A stretch of 64,000 nucleotides of DNA from Takakia lepidozioides. Its lineage: Eukaryota > Plantae > Bryophyta. Shown here piece after piece: positions 23,637 to 40,150 of the stretch. The position numbers and the translations under genes are program-made. The DNA lies in NCBI GenBank assembly GCA_030704615.1, contig CM060734.1, positions 33,480,001-33,544,000 of the forward strand, read 5' to 3'. Under the pieces are notes generated by a model, which ran no database searches, had not been told where the DNA came from, and saw only the letters and a list, made by a program, of their open reading frames with translations. The number at the start of each line of letters is the position of its first letter. Positions within the stretch are counted from its first letter, which is position 1.

Positions 23637-23816
23637 AATAAAATAAAACCAGACGCCTCTCCAAGGGAGCGTAAATTATGGTGTCTCTTCACCACAAGGG
23701 CTAGTGCCTTCGAGCTGAAAGACCTTCATGACACACCAGACCGTGGTTTGAACCCACAACCACAACCACATCCAACGTGGTATGTGCCCATTACCACCAG
23801 GCTACATGCTAGTTGT
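23637..23816 (-). mobile_element. tRNA-derived SINE
   Basis: On minus: A-box-like TAGCCTGGTGG, B-box GGTTCAAACC and a T-rich tail. 14-bp TSD CGTGTAATTAGAAA (23623-23636, 23817-23830). Confidence 0.8.
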
Positions 23817-26379
23817 CGTGTAATTAGAAACTGTGGGGAGGGGTTGGGGAGTGCACAAGCCTCTTGTTGCGTCGATGTACTACAGTATACTTTAAATCTT
23901 GAGGATTTTCCATTATGCTAATGTGAAAGTGGCCGTATAGACACATTAGCCAACAGCTTTTGGTAAAGACTAAAGACGTTAAAGAAACTTTATCTTTGTC
24001 TTTATCGGTTTAGAGCATTTTACACAACTGTCAGACGATTCACGTAACAAAAGTAAGTTTCTCAGGGACCAAAGTGATCATTATTGTTGACTATTTTAAA
24101 CCTAACGGCACAAGCACATTAACAAAACGACATTAAAGACCCTATGGGTTAACCATGGATTGGATTTTCCAGTAAGGTAATGTGCAGTGCGGCCGCTGTA
24201 GTCTTTAGCTACCTGAGAACAGCTAGTTCTTTTCTGTTAGTTAATGTTGTGTGCGGGCCCTAAGTGTGTGTCTTGCCCGGGAGGAAGGTGTGCAGGAGTC
24301 TGCGAGTTGTAGAACCTCTGAACGAAATCGGATCCACGCATCGTCAAGAGACATGTCTTAGAAGGTGACATGCTGCAGAAGCTTGTGGTACTCTTTCCTT
24401 CCGCTAGGTGAAACTATTTCTAAGATAGTTGACTTGCTCAAAGCAGCCGTTCCACCCCGGATACAACTCTGAACGAGCTTTGATCGTACACAAGAAAGTT
24501 CGTTAAACACAAGACTCCTAGCAGCATAGTCGCAGCAATCACGATCTTGGTTCGGTTCGGTAGCTGAGTTGATAAGACTCCTTCTAAGCATGTCAGCATG
24601 GCAGCCCTCTGTATGAACTTAAAGCTTCCGATGGTGTAGTCAATTGATGGAAAAGTAGCTTGCCGCGGCATTGGCAACACACCCGAAGAAGGAAGGAGGA
24701 AGCATCGAACCCAGCTGCAGCTCTTCCTAGATTTTCACCGACCTCATGTCAAGTCTAAATTTTTGAAAGAAAATTGTTCTAAGTTCAGAGATGCTAACTA
24801 AGGCTTGACAAATCAAAAAATTACAATTGAAGGATGATACATAAATTGACTGCCTTAATTGTGACTGGGAACTTAAAGATCACCGAAACGTAATTGAACA
24901 ACTTAAACCCGCCCGGGAAATAATTCATCCAGTACATGCGAGGTTCTTGGAATTCAGGATACAGTTGACAAGATCCTGGTCATGGACAAGCTGAACAATT
25001 CCTAGTACAAAGTGAGGTACAAGTCACAACGTTGACAAAACTTGAGCAGATGCTTGGTTGTTTCAGAGCCTCGACTACCATTCTTCACATGAGGTTCAGA
25101 TAGAGAGTCTTCACGAGTTGAAGCAGTTGAATGTGTTCAGTTTCCATTCCAGCATGTGCAGCAGTAAAGTGGATGATCAAATGTGCACGAGCTTTTTTTG
25201 CAGAAAGTTCCTGGTTCTTCTGGCCGGGCTTGGGCGGGGATAATTAATCGTAATGGGGGGGGGGTAATCATTAGAAACAAATCTTGGGTAATAAGATTAG
25301 AGGGTATCCGTTCTGAATGTGTCTCTTTTGTACCGCATCCGCGGCCATGATTCGGGAAAAGCTTCAGTTACTGCTTTCTCATTAGAAATATATACTGATA
25401 CCTCAATCATTTCATCATTTCACTCCGAAATTCCTGCATTTTATGGCCACCTAGACAACGGGCCGGTTGGGTTGCATGCCTTTGCAGCCTGATCTCTCAG
25501 CTCGATCTCTCATGACTCAAGGAAAGTCCTGGAAGCTGTACGTCTCCTGTACGTCTCCTGTACGTAGAGGACCATCGCCCGACCATCGATTTAAAAGCCG
25601 ATGAGAGAGAACTCCAGAATCTGCAATCTTTTACCAAGCAACTTCTAGCCAGACCCTGGCATATCACTTGAAAAAGATTACGTGATGGATTACATTGATC
25701 TGATTCTTTGCTTACAGTTATAATGTCTGAAACTTCAAGTCTCAGAAGTTCACAATATAAGTATTGAGGTTGGGGCCACACGGGGCTTGGCCGATGGCGG
25801 CCTTAGAAGTCCAATAGGAAGGCTCTTGGAACCCAAGCGTAGGCCGTCGTCGACGGCTGATCGGTCGTAGGCGCTAGGACCCACGAGTCTATGGACGGTC
25901 GCCGCATTCGGGCCGCATTCAGGGAACTTTAGAAACAAAATAAATAAATAATGTGGAGCCAGACAAAATATTTCCAAGGGAATCTCCAGGTCATATGATC
26001 TCAGTTTTGACAAATCCGAGAATTGGAGAGTCACCATAGACTGCCATGATTTTGTGCCAGAGGATCGCAGTTTGAGTGAGCAGCCAACCAGGACCAAGAG
26101 AAAGCAACGGAAATTGAGAGAGTCCGAACAATATTGACAATCTTGATCGATAGTATCTGATCATGTGAAGTTACATTGCCAGTAACTACTGTAGCTCGGG
26201 TTACGGCAGTTTAATAGCGCTGCCAAACGCCGTTGACAAATCCAAATCCAAACAAATAAACTATCCACTTGCTCCTTTTATCTCTTCTGTGGAAGGAGCT
26301 TACTCAATTTTCAGTCCCAAGGCAAGGCATCATGGGACCGGAGAAAAGTCACACATATTTTATGTTGTGTTGTCCATCG

Positions 26380-26670
26380 CACTGAAACATATTCTACAAA
26401 CTTCAACATGCAATTGAGCATACGTTGGTTGAGGGGCCACCGATTTCCTTGATACTGGGGAATTTCAACGCAAGCCTCAAAAAGTTGGCCAGGGTGATGG
26501 CGATGACGACGATCATGACTGCAACAATCTGTAGTTTCAAAGGTCCTGTGCATATAGTGTGAGGAGATTTGGACTTGAATATGAATACTAGCCAGCTCAA
26601 TGATGTCGACAGGTCTATATGTTATCAGAGTGGCCGATATTATTTTGTCGATCCAATCGGTTGACCTCCA
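26380..26670 (+). mobile_element. Possible decayed LINE AP-endonuclease remnant
   Basis: Translates IFYKLQHAIEH...SLILGNFNASL, resembling the GDFNA endonuclease motif. Interrupted by stops. Confidence 0.3.
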
Positions 26671-28477
26671 CAAGTAATCGCAAGTTACAAAGGAAAATCG
26701 AAGTCTAGTGTCCAGCACTCGCACCTGGATATCCAAAAGTCCTGATTTCGGTGTGAACAACTTGATGTTATGTCGCTTGATGGATGGCTTTGGACTATAT
26801 TCCTCTTTAACGTTTAATGTATAAGGAAATATCCATTTGGAGGAGGAATATAGTCCTAGTATAGTAAAGTTCTCGAAAACCTAAGGACCCACCTGTAAAT
26901 TACAAGAATGTGAGAGGCTTATGAAATCGAGCCTGGGCAGCGGATTGGGACCCGTCCTGATTTCTGGTCGAGTTTTATGTGAGGGAGTTTTACGTAATAT
27001 GAACAAGGAAGTGTTCCAGGAGCCCACAGTCCTCTTCTCCGACGTCGTCCACTCGTCCTCTACAGTTCATCCTGCCCGCCGCAGGCTTCCGAAGCTCTAT
27101 CTCTCTCTAGTCTCATTTGGCTGCTGCTAAGGCAGCCGACATCTTCTCTGAGATGAGACCTGTAAATCCAAATCTACACACAAGCTGTTTAAGGTGCTGG
27201 CGGAGGATGGCGGCCGCTGCAAGATGCAAGCCAACAATTCAGCTCAAGTTCAACATTGACGTCACACGGTCAAGGAGGTGCGTAAGCATATGCAGACTCA
27301 CAACCTCAAACTTATCCATAGCAATGACCCACGTATTCAGGCGAGGGTATCGGACACTGGTGCTGCAGCTGACATCATATTGTCAATGTGCGCCCCTTCA
27401 TTTCAATCCTTAGGGGCCCCCCCCCAACCCCGCCCCCATGTTGCGAGGCCGCCGGGGCCTAGCCCTCATTCGATATCAAATGCTTTATTTATTACTTCAT
27501 ATATAGATTCTAACGGGAAATGGTAGCGTGGTGATTTCACATGCATTGCCGGTTTCTAGGCTTTTGCGCCCACGCGAGAACCGAGGATGATGGTGCTGAT
27601 GATGGAAACTCCTCCAAGCACATCTTCCCAACAAAGGTCTCCCCATTGCCACGCATCCTCCGCTCGACCATTTAAAACCAATCTAAATGCAGAGAAACCA
27701 AAACTCATCCGGACCATATCCCGGGTCCTTGTGGATTGAGACTTTGACTCCACCTGATGGTCCTGTATCCATGGCCCAAGTGCAAATAAGTTATAGAGAG
27801 CCCGCATTTAGTCCAAGTTGTTGCTCAAATCTCACTTCCCCCCGAGGCTCTTTTGACCCTAGAAAGGTGCTCGCCATTTGACCTCCACACAGCTCTCATC
27901 AAACCGCTGCTCTTCAGATCCTTGCGAACATGTTTGTGGGTTTCTGATACGATGCCAGACTTGACCCAATCTGCCAGCAGCTGCCCATCAATAGCGGCTG
28001 ATCCGTAATGATGCAGATTGTGCTACGGAAAAGGTAGCGAATATAGAATGTCCAACATTTATGAATCTTTGCCCGCACACGTGTGCTTTGTTCCATTCTT
28101 GGACCTTTCCAACACCCAACATACCGTACTCTCTCACCTTGGAAATAGACTGAATTTCACGGCCTAAAATATCATAAAATCTCAGAAATTTTAGCAACAA
28201 ACAAAACAAAAACTCACTCTTGTATGTAAGACTTTTGAAGAAAAGAAAAAAATCTAGTTTTTGACTTTTGAAATTTTTGTCTTCTTATGGAAAGGAAACC
28301 CAGCAACGGCTCACAATTGAGGCTACAAGAGGTGGGGGAAAATAACCCCCTTTCATTGAGACTGCCCAAGGCCACGAAACCACACCCGACAGCGGAACAG
28401 GATTCGAGCGCAAAACCACTTGAGAGGCAGACAGCGCGCTAATCAGAACTAAATTCATAATAAATATTTCTCAAGTC

Positions 28478-28587
28478 TGTCGGTAGCCCAGACGGATACA
28501 GCACTGGGCACAGTAGGTGATCCTGGGTTCAAATCCTGTTAAGTACTATGTTCTGTCCCTTGGGTTGAGCCTTGTGCTCGGCGCCTC
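28478..28587 (+). mobile_element. tRNA-derived SINE head
   Basis: A-box-like TAGCCCAGACGG (28485-28496) and B-box GGTTCAAATCC (~28526-28536). Followed by a TIR-like insertion. Confidence 0.5.
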
Positions 28588-28592
28588 CTTAA

Positions 28593-29485
28593 CCCTTCCG
28601 GGCCCATTTTCACGACACGCTGTGAAAAAAGGACCCTGGCCCACTAATCTTTTTTATCTCCCAGATTTCTAAGCCCTGTAAAAGTGACCGTTGAATTTAC
28701 TGCCCATCTACCCAAACTATGACCTCAAAAAATTGCAGCCGTGTCCAATTGCCAGATTAGAAGATTATAATATGCAGATGTGCCCTAAAAAGAATCCTTC
28801 CTAAAAATGAAGAGCATAAAAAACCAAGAAATTTACCAAATTTGGGGGTCTTGGGAATTGTGTACCTCACTTGATGCCACACCTTCCCTGAAATTTTCGT
28901 TTTTTCTGACTTGTTTTCGTGTGGGCTGCTCTGTACTCACAAATTGGGGGGTCTCCAACCCCAATTTGAAGCGGGCAGAACAAAATTTGAGCTTCAAAAA
29001 CTACGTAGGACACATCTACCGTCCAATTCTCAATCTCTCTGGTCCATGTCATCATTGCATGCAAACGTTGTTGTAGAAAAAAATTCAATCCAATTGGGAA
29101 ATGTTTTAGGCTATTTTCGGGCCCTGCCCTGTAATTCCCAGCCCAACCTATATTTTGGCCTGCAGCCCTACCGTATTTCCTACTGTAGCCCTTGTACCTA
29201 GCCCGGGTGGAAACCCTTCCCCTAGCCTGACCGTGGTTGCCATGTAAAGCAACTCGGGCAAGATGATTCAGCAAAAATATGTCAAAAAAGCTGAGTTAGC
29301 TCCAAATTGGGGGGTCTTACTCCATGCATATATTTCTTTTTTGAAGATTGGCCAATGCCATTGTGTGTAAGAGGTTTTTTCCTATCTAATGAGCCTAATT
29401 TGACTCAAATCAGTTAACCCCAGTAAGAAGTGGATGGTTAAAGAAACCTAACCAACCCAAAACGGGTCGGTTTGACACTTAAGGG
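28593..29485. mobile_element. Possible piggyBac-type non-autonomous element
   Basis: Left TTAA|CCCTT, right AAGGG|TT. The right end aacccaaaacgggtc...agggtt recurs at ~15786-15820, ending in TTAA. Confidence 0.4.
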
Positions 29486-30244
29486 TTCGTCCCGGCTTTT
29501 CCCGTATCAAACACATAAATAAAAATAAAGGGTGTTTTCTAGAACATGAAAATATATCCTTGAGCCTAATTAGGGGAAAATTATTATTCTACTTTGAACT
29601 TAATTATTCGACAGAGCAATGCTGCCTCGCTTCTTTTTCTTTCTCAGTGCATATCTAGCTTTTCGTCCTTTAAAAAAAAAATAAAAATAAAAGGGGATGG
29701 AGCCCATCTATTTTATTCAACGTGGGGAAAAAATAAACCCCTGTGGCGCCATTTCGTCCCTTTAAAAAAGAAGAAGAAGAAATATTGCATTTATTCCAAA
29801 ATTATGGGGAAAAAAATAAAACCCCTTTTTACTGTCCTTTCAGTTTGTCAAGAAATTGTTTGAAAGCACAGAAATGTGTATCTAAAACTTGGTTGATTTC
29901 AACATAAAATAGAATAATTTTCTCTATAAAAAGTTAAAATAAGGAGCCTGACTTGTGAGCTGTCGCTCCCAGGTGTTTCCCTTTTAACAGTTTAAAAAAA
30001 AGAAAACAAAAGAAAGGAAAATCGTCGGTACCACCAAGTTGAATGATGGATGAAAGCTTAGAAGTGTTTTCATTCGAAAAAAGGGCTTTCAATGACGTGG
30101 TCATCCATCATGGTTGAACATAATTCATCCGACGTGATATGCGGCGATAATAGACTTAACAGGGCCCACAAAAGATATTTGAATGGATAAAAATAACAGA
30201 GATTCTGAGTTCAAACTGCCGACGGGAAAGCGGCAGATCTACAC

Positions 30245-30566
30245 TTGACTGGCGGAAGGAGGTAGTCTAGGCTTACGTGTCCTCCGCAGCCGGTGGCAGC
30301 GGTATTACGTTGACGTAGAGTTGACATAAGGCTGCACTTGGCACGTGCGGGAGCGCCAGAAGCCGAGAACAGTCGTCGTCTCCAGTCTGCCAGCTTATAA
30401 TATTGGATCATCTCTCCGCCATAGCTCGGCTAGCCTTGACTTTCTTGGCCGTCCTCAAATATAAGACCAGAAAGAGCGGGCAGAAACCTAGTATGTTGTG
30501 GAGACACTTACCAAGTCTTATCACATCGCCTCGTCTGGACTATTTCTGCGTATCTAGTCAAGTCAA
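30245..30566 (+). promoter_or_regulatory. W-box cluster plus G-box/ABRE upstream of the WRKY gene
   Basis: TTGACT at 30245 and 30436, tandem reverse W-boxes AGTCAAGTCAA at 30556-30566, ACGTGTC at ~30275, CACGTG at ~30342. Confidence 0.5.
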
Positions 30567-30817
30567 TCGAGTCTACCACATGTGCGTGATTCTTCTACAA
30601 GGCCCAGAGCTTTCCATCCGCATGAACACAAAACCAAATCGAGGGTTTCTTGCACTAGCACAATCTCGCGCACATTCGGACCCGTACCATCCTGCCCGCA
30701 GAAACAATCAATCTGCTGAACGAATCTCGCATCTCTCATCTCTGGAGCGGAGGCAATAAGCTTCTTCTTCTCTCTCTCCCCCCGGATGTTTAAGAGCTCT
30801 CGCGCAAGGCTAGCTGG

Positions 30818-34605
<3,788 letters not shown>

Positions 34606-36470
34606 TGCATTGGGTGTCTTGTACAGCGTTAAGTTACTTCGGCATTTTATTCCAATGGGCCTCCAGTTTCAGATCAGAGATCCCCTATTGTTAGATCAGA
34701 ATTTGTACACCATTTTTTGGAGGGCGAAGCAAGGATGCCTCCTATATCATCTCGATGGGACGGGTCCAAGTTGCCTCACCTTTTTACAGAGTGGATACTA
34801 GGTGACGACTGAAAATGCAGCGTTCAAGCAGGCTTTCAATCATACATAGATCCTGGCATGTGTACATGCAATTCTTTAATGTGTAAATTAGCATGGGTTT
34901 CATACCGCATGCGAAGATAAGCCATGATTCACAAGTACTAAAATTCATAATATGGTTCATGCTCCATCTTTTCCTTATCGCCCATGCTCTTCTGCATTTT
35001 AGTAGAACTCCCAGTGAGCACTGCACAAATCACCTAGAGCTTTATGTAACTGAACACCAGGTAGCTTGCTCTCCGGACGAATCGTTTATTAAAAGTAATC
35101 CGGATGTCACATACTAAGCACTAGGTTTCTAAGTCGATCGTGTGGCATAAACTTGGAAATTGAACTAATAGAATGTTTGGTCAACGCTCCCCGGGTATAT
35201 CGGAATGCCTGATCTGAATTGCTCGTAAAGTGACGGTAGGAGCTGGCCCTACGACACTGTATATACTGGTAAGCTTGAAATTAGTTAGACAGATTCGAAG
35301 GTGAAATTTGAAGGATCGAGCTATCCGATCAGCATTGTTTGACTGCACTGGAAACCGAGTGGAAACCAAGCAACATCTCGGCAACATCTGCGTTTACAGG
35401 CAGTAGGAAAGAAGGTATTTCAGAAAATTGCAGTAGCTTACAGGTCTTGCGGTTGCTGGTGTAAATATTAAGGCATTGCCTGCTCATCTGCTCCTCCATT
35501 CCCTTGGATAGTTTAACTCTTTCTTCCAGTCTAAGCGACTGCCACTCTTCTAAGAAAACATGTGCCCGCAAAAAAAGTTGTAGGTCGGCCATACGTAACT
35601 AGTAACAGCCAGAACTGTGCCCACCTCAGGAGCTCAATGGCTGCTGAGCAGTAATCCGACACTCCTCAATTGAAGCAAAGTCCTGCCTGCCAGTCATTGA
35701 TCAGTTCTATCTCAGTGAGTCCGTCCATCCGCTAACATCTGTATCTCCATCTAGCCTTCAAATCAGTGGAATCTGCGCCTTAGACTCCTCGTGGATGTCA
35801 TCATCCAACTTAGAACAGCGTCATCAACCAGTCTAGATCCATCATATGCAGACCAAAGAGAGAAATCTTTGCTGCCACCAAGTTGTGACGGACTCCTGAA
35901 TCATTGCTGCAAGGTCTGCTCTTAATCAACGCTCAGATCCTCGTCTTCTTAAGCAGTTTTAACTTCCACAATAAAAGGTCTCGAAAGGTATGAAATTGAT
36001 TCATCCATCCATCCACCGATATATAGGGTTTTCAATGAAAATGAAATATGAGAAAAACATTAAATCCAATTAAATACAGTCTTTAACCTCTTTAATAATA
36101 TGACACCTAGAAGAAATGGAAAAAATGTCATAATATGGACGTGTCACATAATCGATAATATGACAATTGAATGGACCAAAATGTCATATTATCGAATAAT
36201 ACTTAAATATCACTAAATTGACAAGCTAAGCTTTTATGTCCGAGAAAGAGAAGTGTCCAAGGTTGTTTGTTGTTGCCTACTAGGGTTGGCAATAGTCATT
36301 TTGTTGAGTTTCCCTAAAAGTGTATAACATCATCAACATTAAAAGTTTAAGGGTTATCAATAAGACTTTGGCCGAAGCCGACGTCACTAAGCACATTATA
36401 GATTGTGGTACAACTTTAGCAAGATCACTTGGTCCTAACTACATGTCAAATTGGGACAACACCCACTCTA

Positions 36471-36546
36471 GAAAGAGAGAAGAGCCGGTGTAACTAAGAG
36501 CCACTTCACCTTACGGCTACCGAAACCTTTTCGGGGTGGGCCCTAT
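36471..36546 (-). mobile_element. Short structured retroposon copy inserted in the pogo ORF
   Basis: 12-bp TSD ACACCYACTCTA (36459-36470, 36547-36558). Homologous to 23369-23465. Confidence 0.75.
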
Positions 36547-36627
36547 ACACCTACTCTAATAACTTAGCCTTGTAACGGACTTTGAATGAGGCTATAATTC
36601 CTTGATCCAATGGTTGTACTACACTCT

Positions 36628-37280
36628 TGGGGGGGGGGTCACTCCCCGTATTTTCAAAACCATGTGAAAACAAATATAGGGTGTGATTTATTATTTTGAA
36701 GTAAATTTTAGAAAAGTTTTACTCAGAAAATATGATAGGGCATATCTTTTCACCAGTTTTTTAAAAGAAATGTCACCAAAAATCCAAAGTTTTACGTAGA
36801 ATGTTAATGTAATTAAGGGTTTTATCTACAGTATAATGTATCCATCCCTTTGAAGTTTCTCATATTTCATCCAGCTCTAATCCATCAGGATGAAGGTCAC
36901 CTGAAGTTCAACAGTGATACATAGTTGATTGATATTTGATACCATAATCTCAACAGTGACTATGGCATTTGAACCATCTCAAAACTTGTACTCTTTAGAT
37001 CCAAGTTCTTGGGTCCGGCATTTGACTTATGTTATATGGAATGTACTTGTTTTTGTATATGCTTTGAAATTTTACAATTATTTAAAAACATAAATTAAAA
37101 TAGGTCTGATTGATTGTTGCAAAAAAAAATTATAAAAAAATAGGGTGTTAGAAAACAAAGGTTTTTACAATATTACCTTTGTATAGGGTGGAAAAAAATG
37201 CCAAATTTTAAAAATATAGCCTAGTATAAATATACCTTTGTACGCACGTGATATGGAAAAAATACATATAGTGACCCCTC
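36628..37280. mobile_element. AT-rich MITE with GGGGTCACT TIRs inserted in the pogo ORF
   Basis: ggggtcact (~36635-36643) / agtgacccc (37270-37278). Splits PPNVTNVV from VVQPLDQG, with duplicated tgtagt. Confidence 0.6.
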
Positions 37281-38422
37281 TGACTACATTGGTAACATTC
37301 GGAGGAAGGAAAATTATTGTAGTATGACTCAAAAGTAAAGTGTTGAATCTATACAAGTTTTGACCCGTGACATTCCCAAGGGCATTAGTGGATGAGTTAT
37401 CTATAATCATCAAAACTTTTCTACCCTCATTTTTTAATTGACTGTTCAATCGTGTAAACCAGTCTTAAAAAATATCTGACTTCATCCATGCTGTCATGTT
37501 CCAATACCAAGAAACATATCATGTTGGCCTTCATCTTCCAAAGCACCTTGGGCGTTGAGCCTTGTAAATCACCACTAGTTCAACAGCCAAAGCAAACGTC
37601 AAATGATCTTTGGCAATTTTTCTCCATGTGACCTTTCTTTGAGCCAACGTCTTACTTGGTTGAGCCCGATAGTAAAGACCAGTCTCATCCATGTTATACA
37701 CGTCCTCGAGTTTATATTGTCCGATCAAAATTGGCATGTGCCTCATTGCTTCGGCCAGAGAGAAGCTACGCCATGAGCAGATTTGAGTACTTAACGTGAG
37801 CGAATTTAAATCGTGAGCATGATGGAGAAGCATAGGCTGTAGCCATGGGAAAACATGGACCTTATTACCTGGATACAAAGTGATGTGAAATGCAAAATTG
37901 TGGAAGCTGCCAGGGACCAAATAGAGCAGATGGGAAATGAAAACAAGACAAACCTTGGACATGCTCACAAAAATTGGTGAGGAAAACATGACGCACGGAG
38001 TGATGTCGTCAACATAACAAATACACTTCAGGTTGTGTTGAGTTTGGATAATCAACCCATTCTATTCATATACGTAGGATGAATGAAATGCAATACGCAT
38101 TGAAATCATTAACAATGATAAATTTGACGAAACTCGAACAAGAACATTGAGATAAAGAATACATAGTAAACGATTGAAAGTTTGAATGTGCAATGCAAAT
38201 GTCAACATCATTGCACATGGCGATGACAATGCCAATCACATGAGATACAATATTGTGAAGGCTGCAAAAACTGTCCGCTGTATAGTGCAGAGGTATATTC
38301 TGCATTATTTGAAGTCCAAGAAGAGACCATCAATGTTAGAAGCAACAGTGGATGATTGAGACCAGACAAATGCACAACTTGGAAGTGGACAAAATTAAAC
38401 TTGCTTCAAAGCAAGCATAATT

Positions 38423-38670
38423 CAGTTATGAGATATGGTGGACTTGGAAGTGCCCAAAGTCCCTGCAAAGTTTTTTTTTTTTTTTTCCAAAGTTCCCTTT
38501 GAGGAGGCCTGGAAATTATGCGTACGTGAAGTTTTTTTTTTTTCTTTTTTTTTCAAAGTTCCTTTTTAGGAGGTCTGGAAATCACACAAAATTCGAAGTC
38601 AGTTTTTTTTTTTTTCAAAGTTCCGTTTGAGGAGGCTTGGAAATCATGCTTGCGTTGAAGTCAGTTTTTT
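38423..38670. repeat. TSD-flanked insertion made of three ~70-bp T-run-containing tandem units
   Basis: 15-bp direct repeat AAAGCAAGCATAATT at 38408-38422 and 38671-38685. Units aagttcc...tttgaggaggc..ggaaat...gaagt + poly-T. Confidence 0.7.
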
Positions 38671-39739
38671 AAAGCAAGCATAATTACGCTTATTACGGAA
38701 TTATGTTTGATTGTGAGTAAGTCATTGTTAATGTTCATAATTTCCATGATAGTTAAATTCCACTCATCTTCCAATTCCATTCATTTTTGCTGGTCTGTAA
38801 AGTTTTGTGTTTGGCTGCTCCTATGCAAGAGACCATTGGGTTCGACCCCACTTTTCCCGGCTAATCAAAGCAATGACTTCATTTCAAGCCCACCCCTATC
38901 TTTTGAGCTACCAATGTACGCAGAGGCATTTGCAAGACTCATGTCTTTGCAAGGGACCTGTAGCCCTTCCAGGGCCAGCCTAGGGAAAAAACGTCGTGAT
39001 TATAGGGCTAGGATGTTTGTTGATGACGCTGCTATGAGAGTTGAGCATCTCTTATGGGACTAGATCTTCTAAAGAATAAAAATGAGTTTGATCCCTCCCA
39101 ATCATTGCATGTGTTCGTGACAACCTCTTCAACTGCAATATCGCGAACACCTCAAGTTGTCATCAATCTTGATGATTACATTGACCTGTCTGATGAGACT
39201 CCCAATAGTACTAATGCACCTCATCTACAGTCACTGCCCAACTTTCAAGAGATAGGAAATACAGGAGTGAAACGGAAGTGACAGCGAGAACTCAATCCAA
39301 TGGTAGAAGCCCTAAACAAAGATAATTCTTCTATTGTGGAAGCTTTGACGAAACAAACAAAAATGCACATTGAAGCCGAAAATGCAACAATGGAGATTGA
39401 GAACCATAAGATCAAAACTACCAAAAAGCTTGAACAACGTCGTATTCAGCATGATAAAGACATGGAGAAGAAGAACTTGTCTGTGCCACCAATTACAAAC
39501 ACGGACCTCATAAATGTTTTATCTTGTCTGTGTGATACCATAGAAGTAGGTGCAACAGCCAAGAAGAAGCAATGAGCTTCGGGCTGAACTGAGGTCTCAG
39601 TGGTATGTATCGACTTAGATGCATCCATCTGCCTTAATAATTGATAGCTCTTAAAGGCTTCATCTCACAATCTGAAGTGACATGACAACAAACTAAAAAA
39701 AGCTCCTGCACAAAAAAATAAAAAAATAAAAAATTGGCT

Positions 39740-40150
39740 AATTTTTGGGGTCGCATTTATTTTTTATTTTTTAATAGGTGCGACCGCCAGAATTGGTGAT
39801 CGTATTAAACCTGAACTTCATTAGTTCTGTATGGCTCTATATCTTCAATGCGGTGTCTCAACGTTGGTTTTCTTATCTGTCATTTGGGTGGGATCACTTG
39901 CAGGCCCCTGCGTGGCGGGGGTGTCCGCCAAAATCTTGCGGTCGTATGCTATTTTTAAATTACGTGTAATTATCAAAATTCAGCGGTAGCATGTAATTTT
40001 TTTATGAAAAAAATAAGTACGACCGGCTAAATTCGACGGTCGTCTGTAATTTAATTTTTCAAAAAACAATATAACCGCCAATTCTGGCGGTCGCACATAT
40101 TAACAAAATAAAAAATTACATGCGATCGGCAGTCGTACCAATTTTTGAGA
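39740..40150. repeat. Array of palindromic GCGACCGCC-N5/7-GGCGGTCGC units with AT-rich spacers
   Basis: Degenerate units seen directly; colinear with 50870-51150. Confidence 0.75.

Larger units (their letters stand above)
36400..37760 (-). mobile_element. Decayed pogo/Tigger (CENP-B-like, DDE_1) transposase fragment with nested insertions
   Basis: Minus-strand VYNMDETGLYYR, KAQRPRCF, AWMKSDIF, VLMIIDNSS, FLPPNVT..., then VVQPLDQGIIASFK (36570-36625) and LEWVLSQF (~36445-36470). Confidence 0.8.

Noticed and set aside
23730-23816. tRNA genes at the A/B-box motifs (also ~28480 and ~56240)
   Set aside because: No cloverleaf; the TSD and tail indicate SINEs.
38950-39575. Host gene or Harbinger-type accessory protein (coiled-coil ORF 39300-39575)
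   Set aside because: Fragmented by stops with no diagnostic motif. Probably a TE relic but unassignable.
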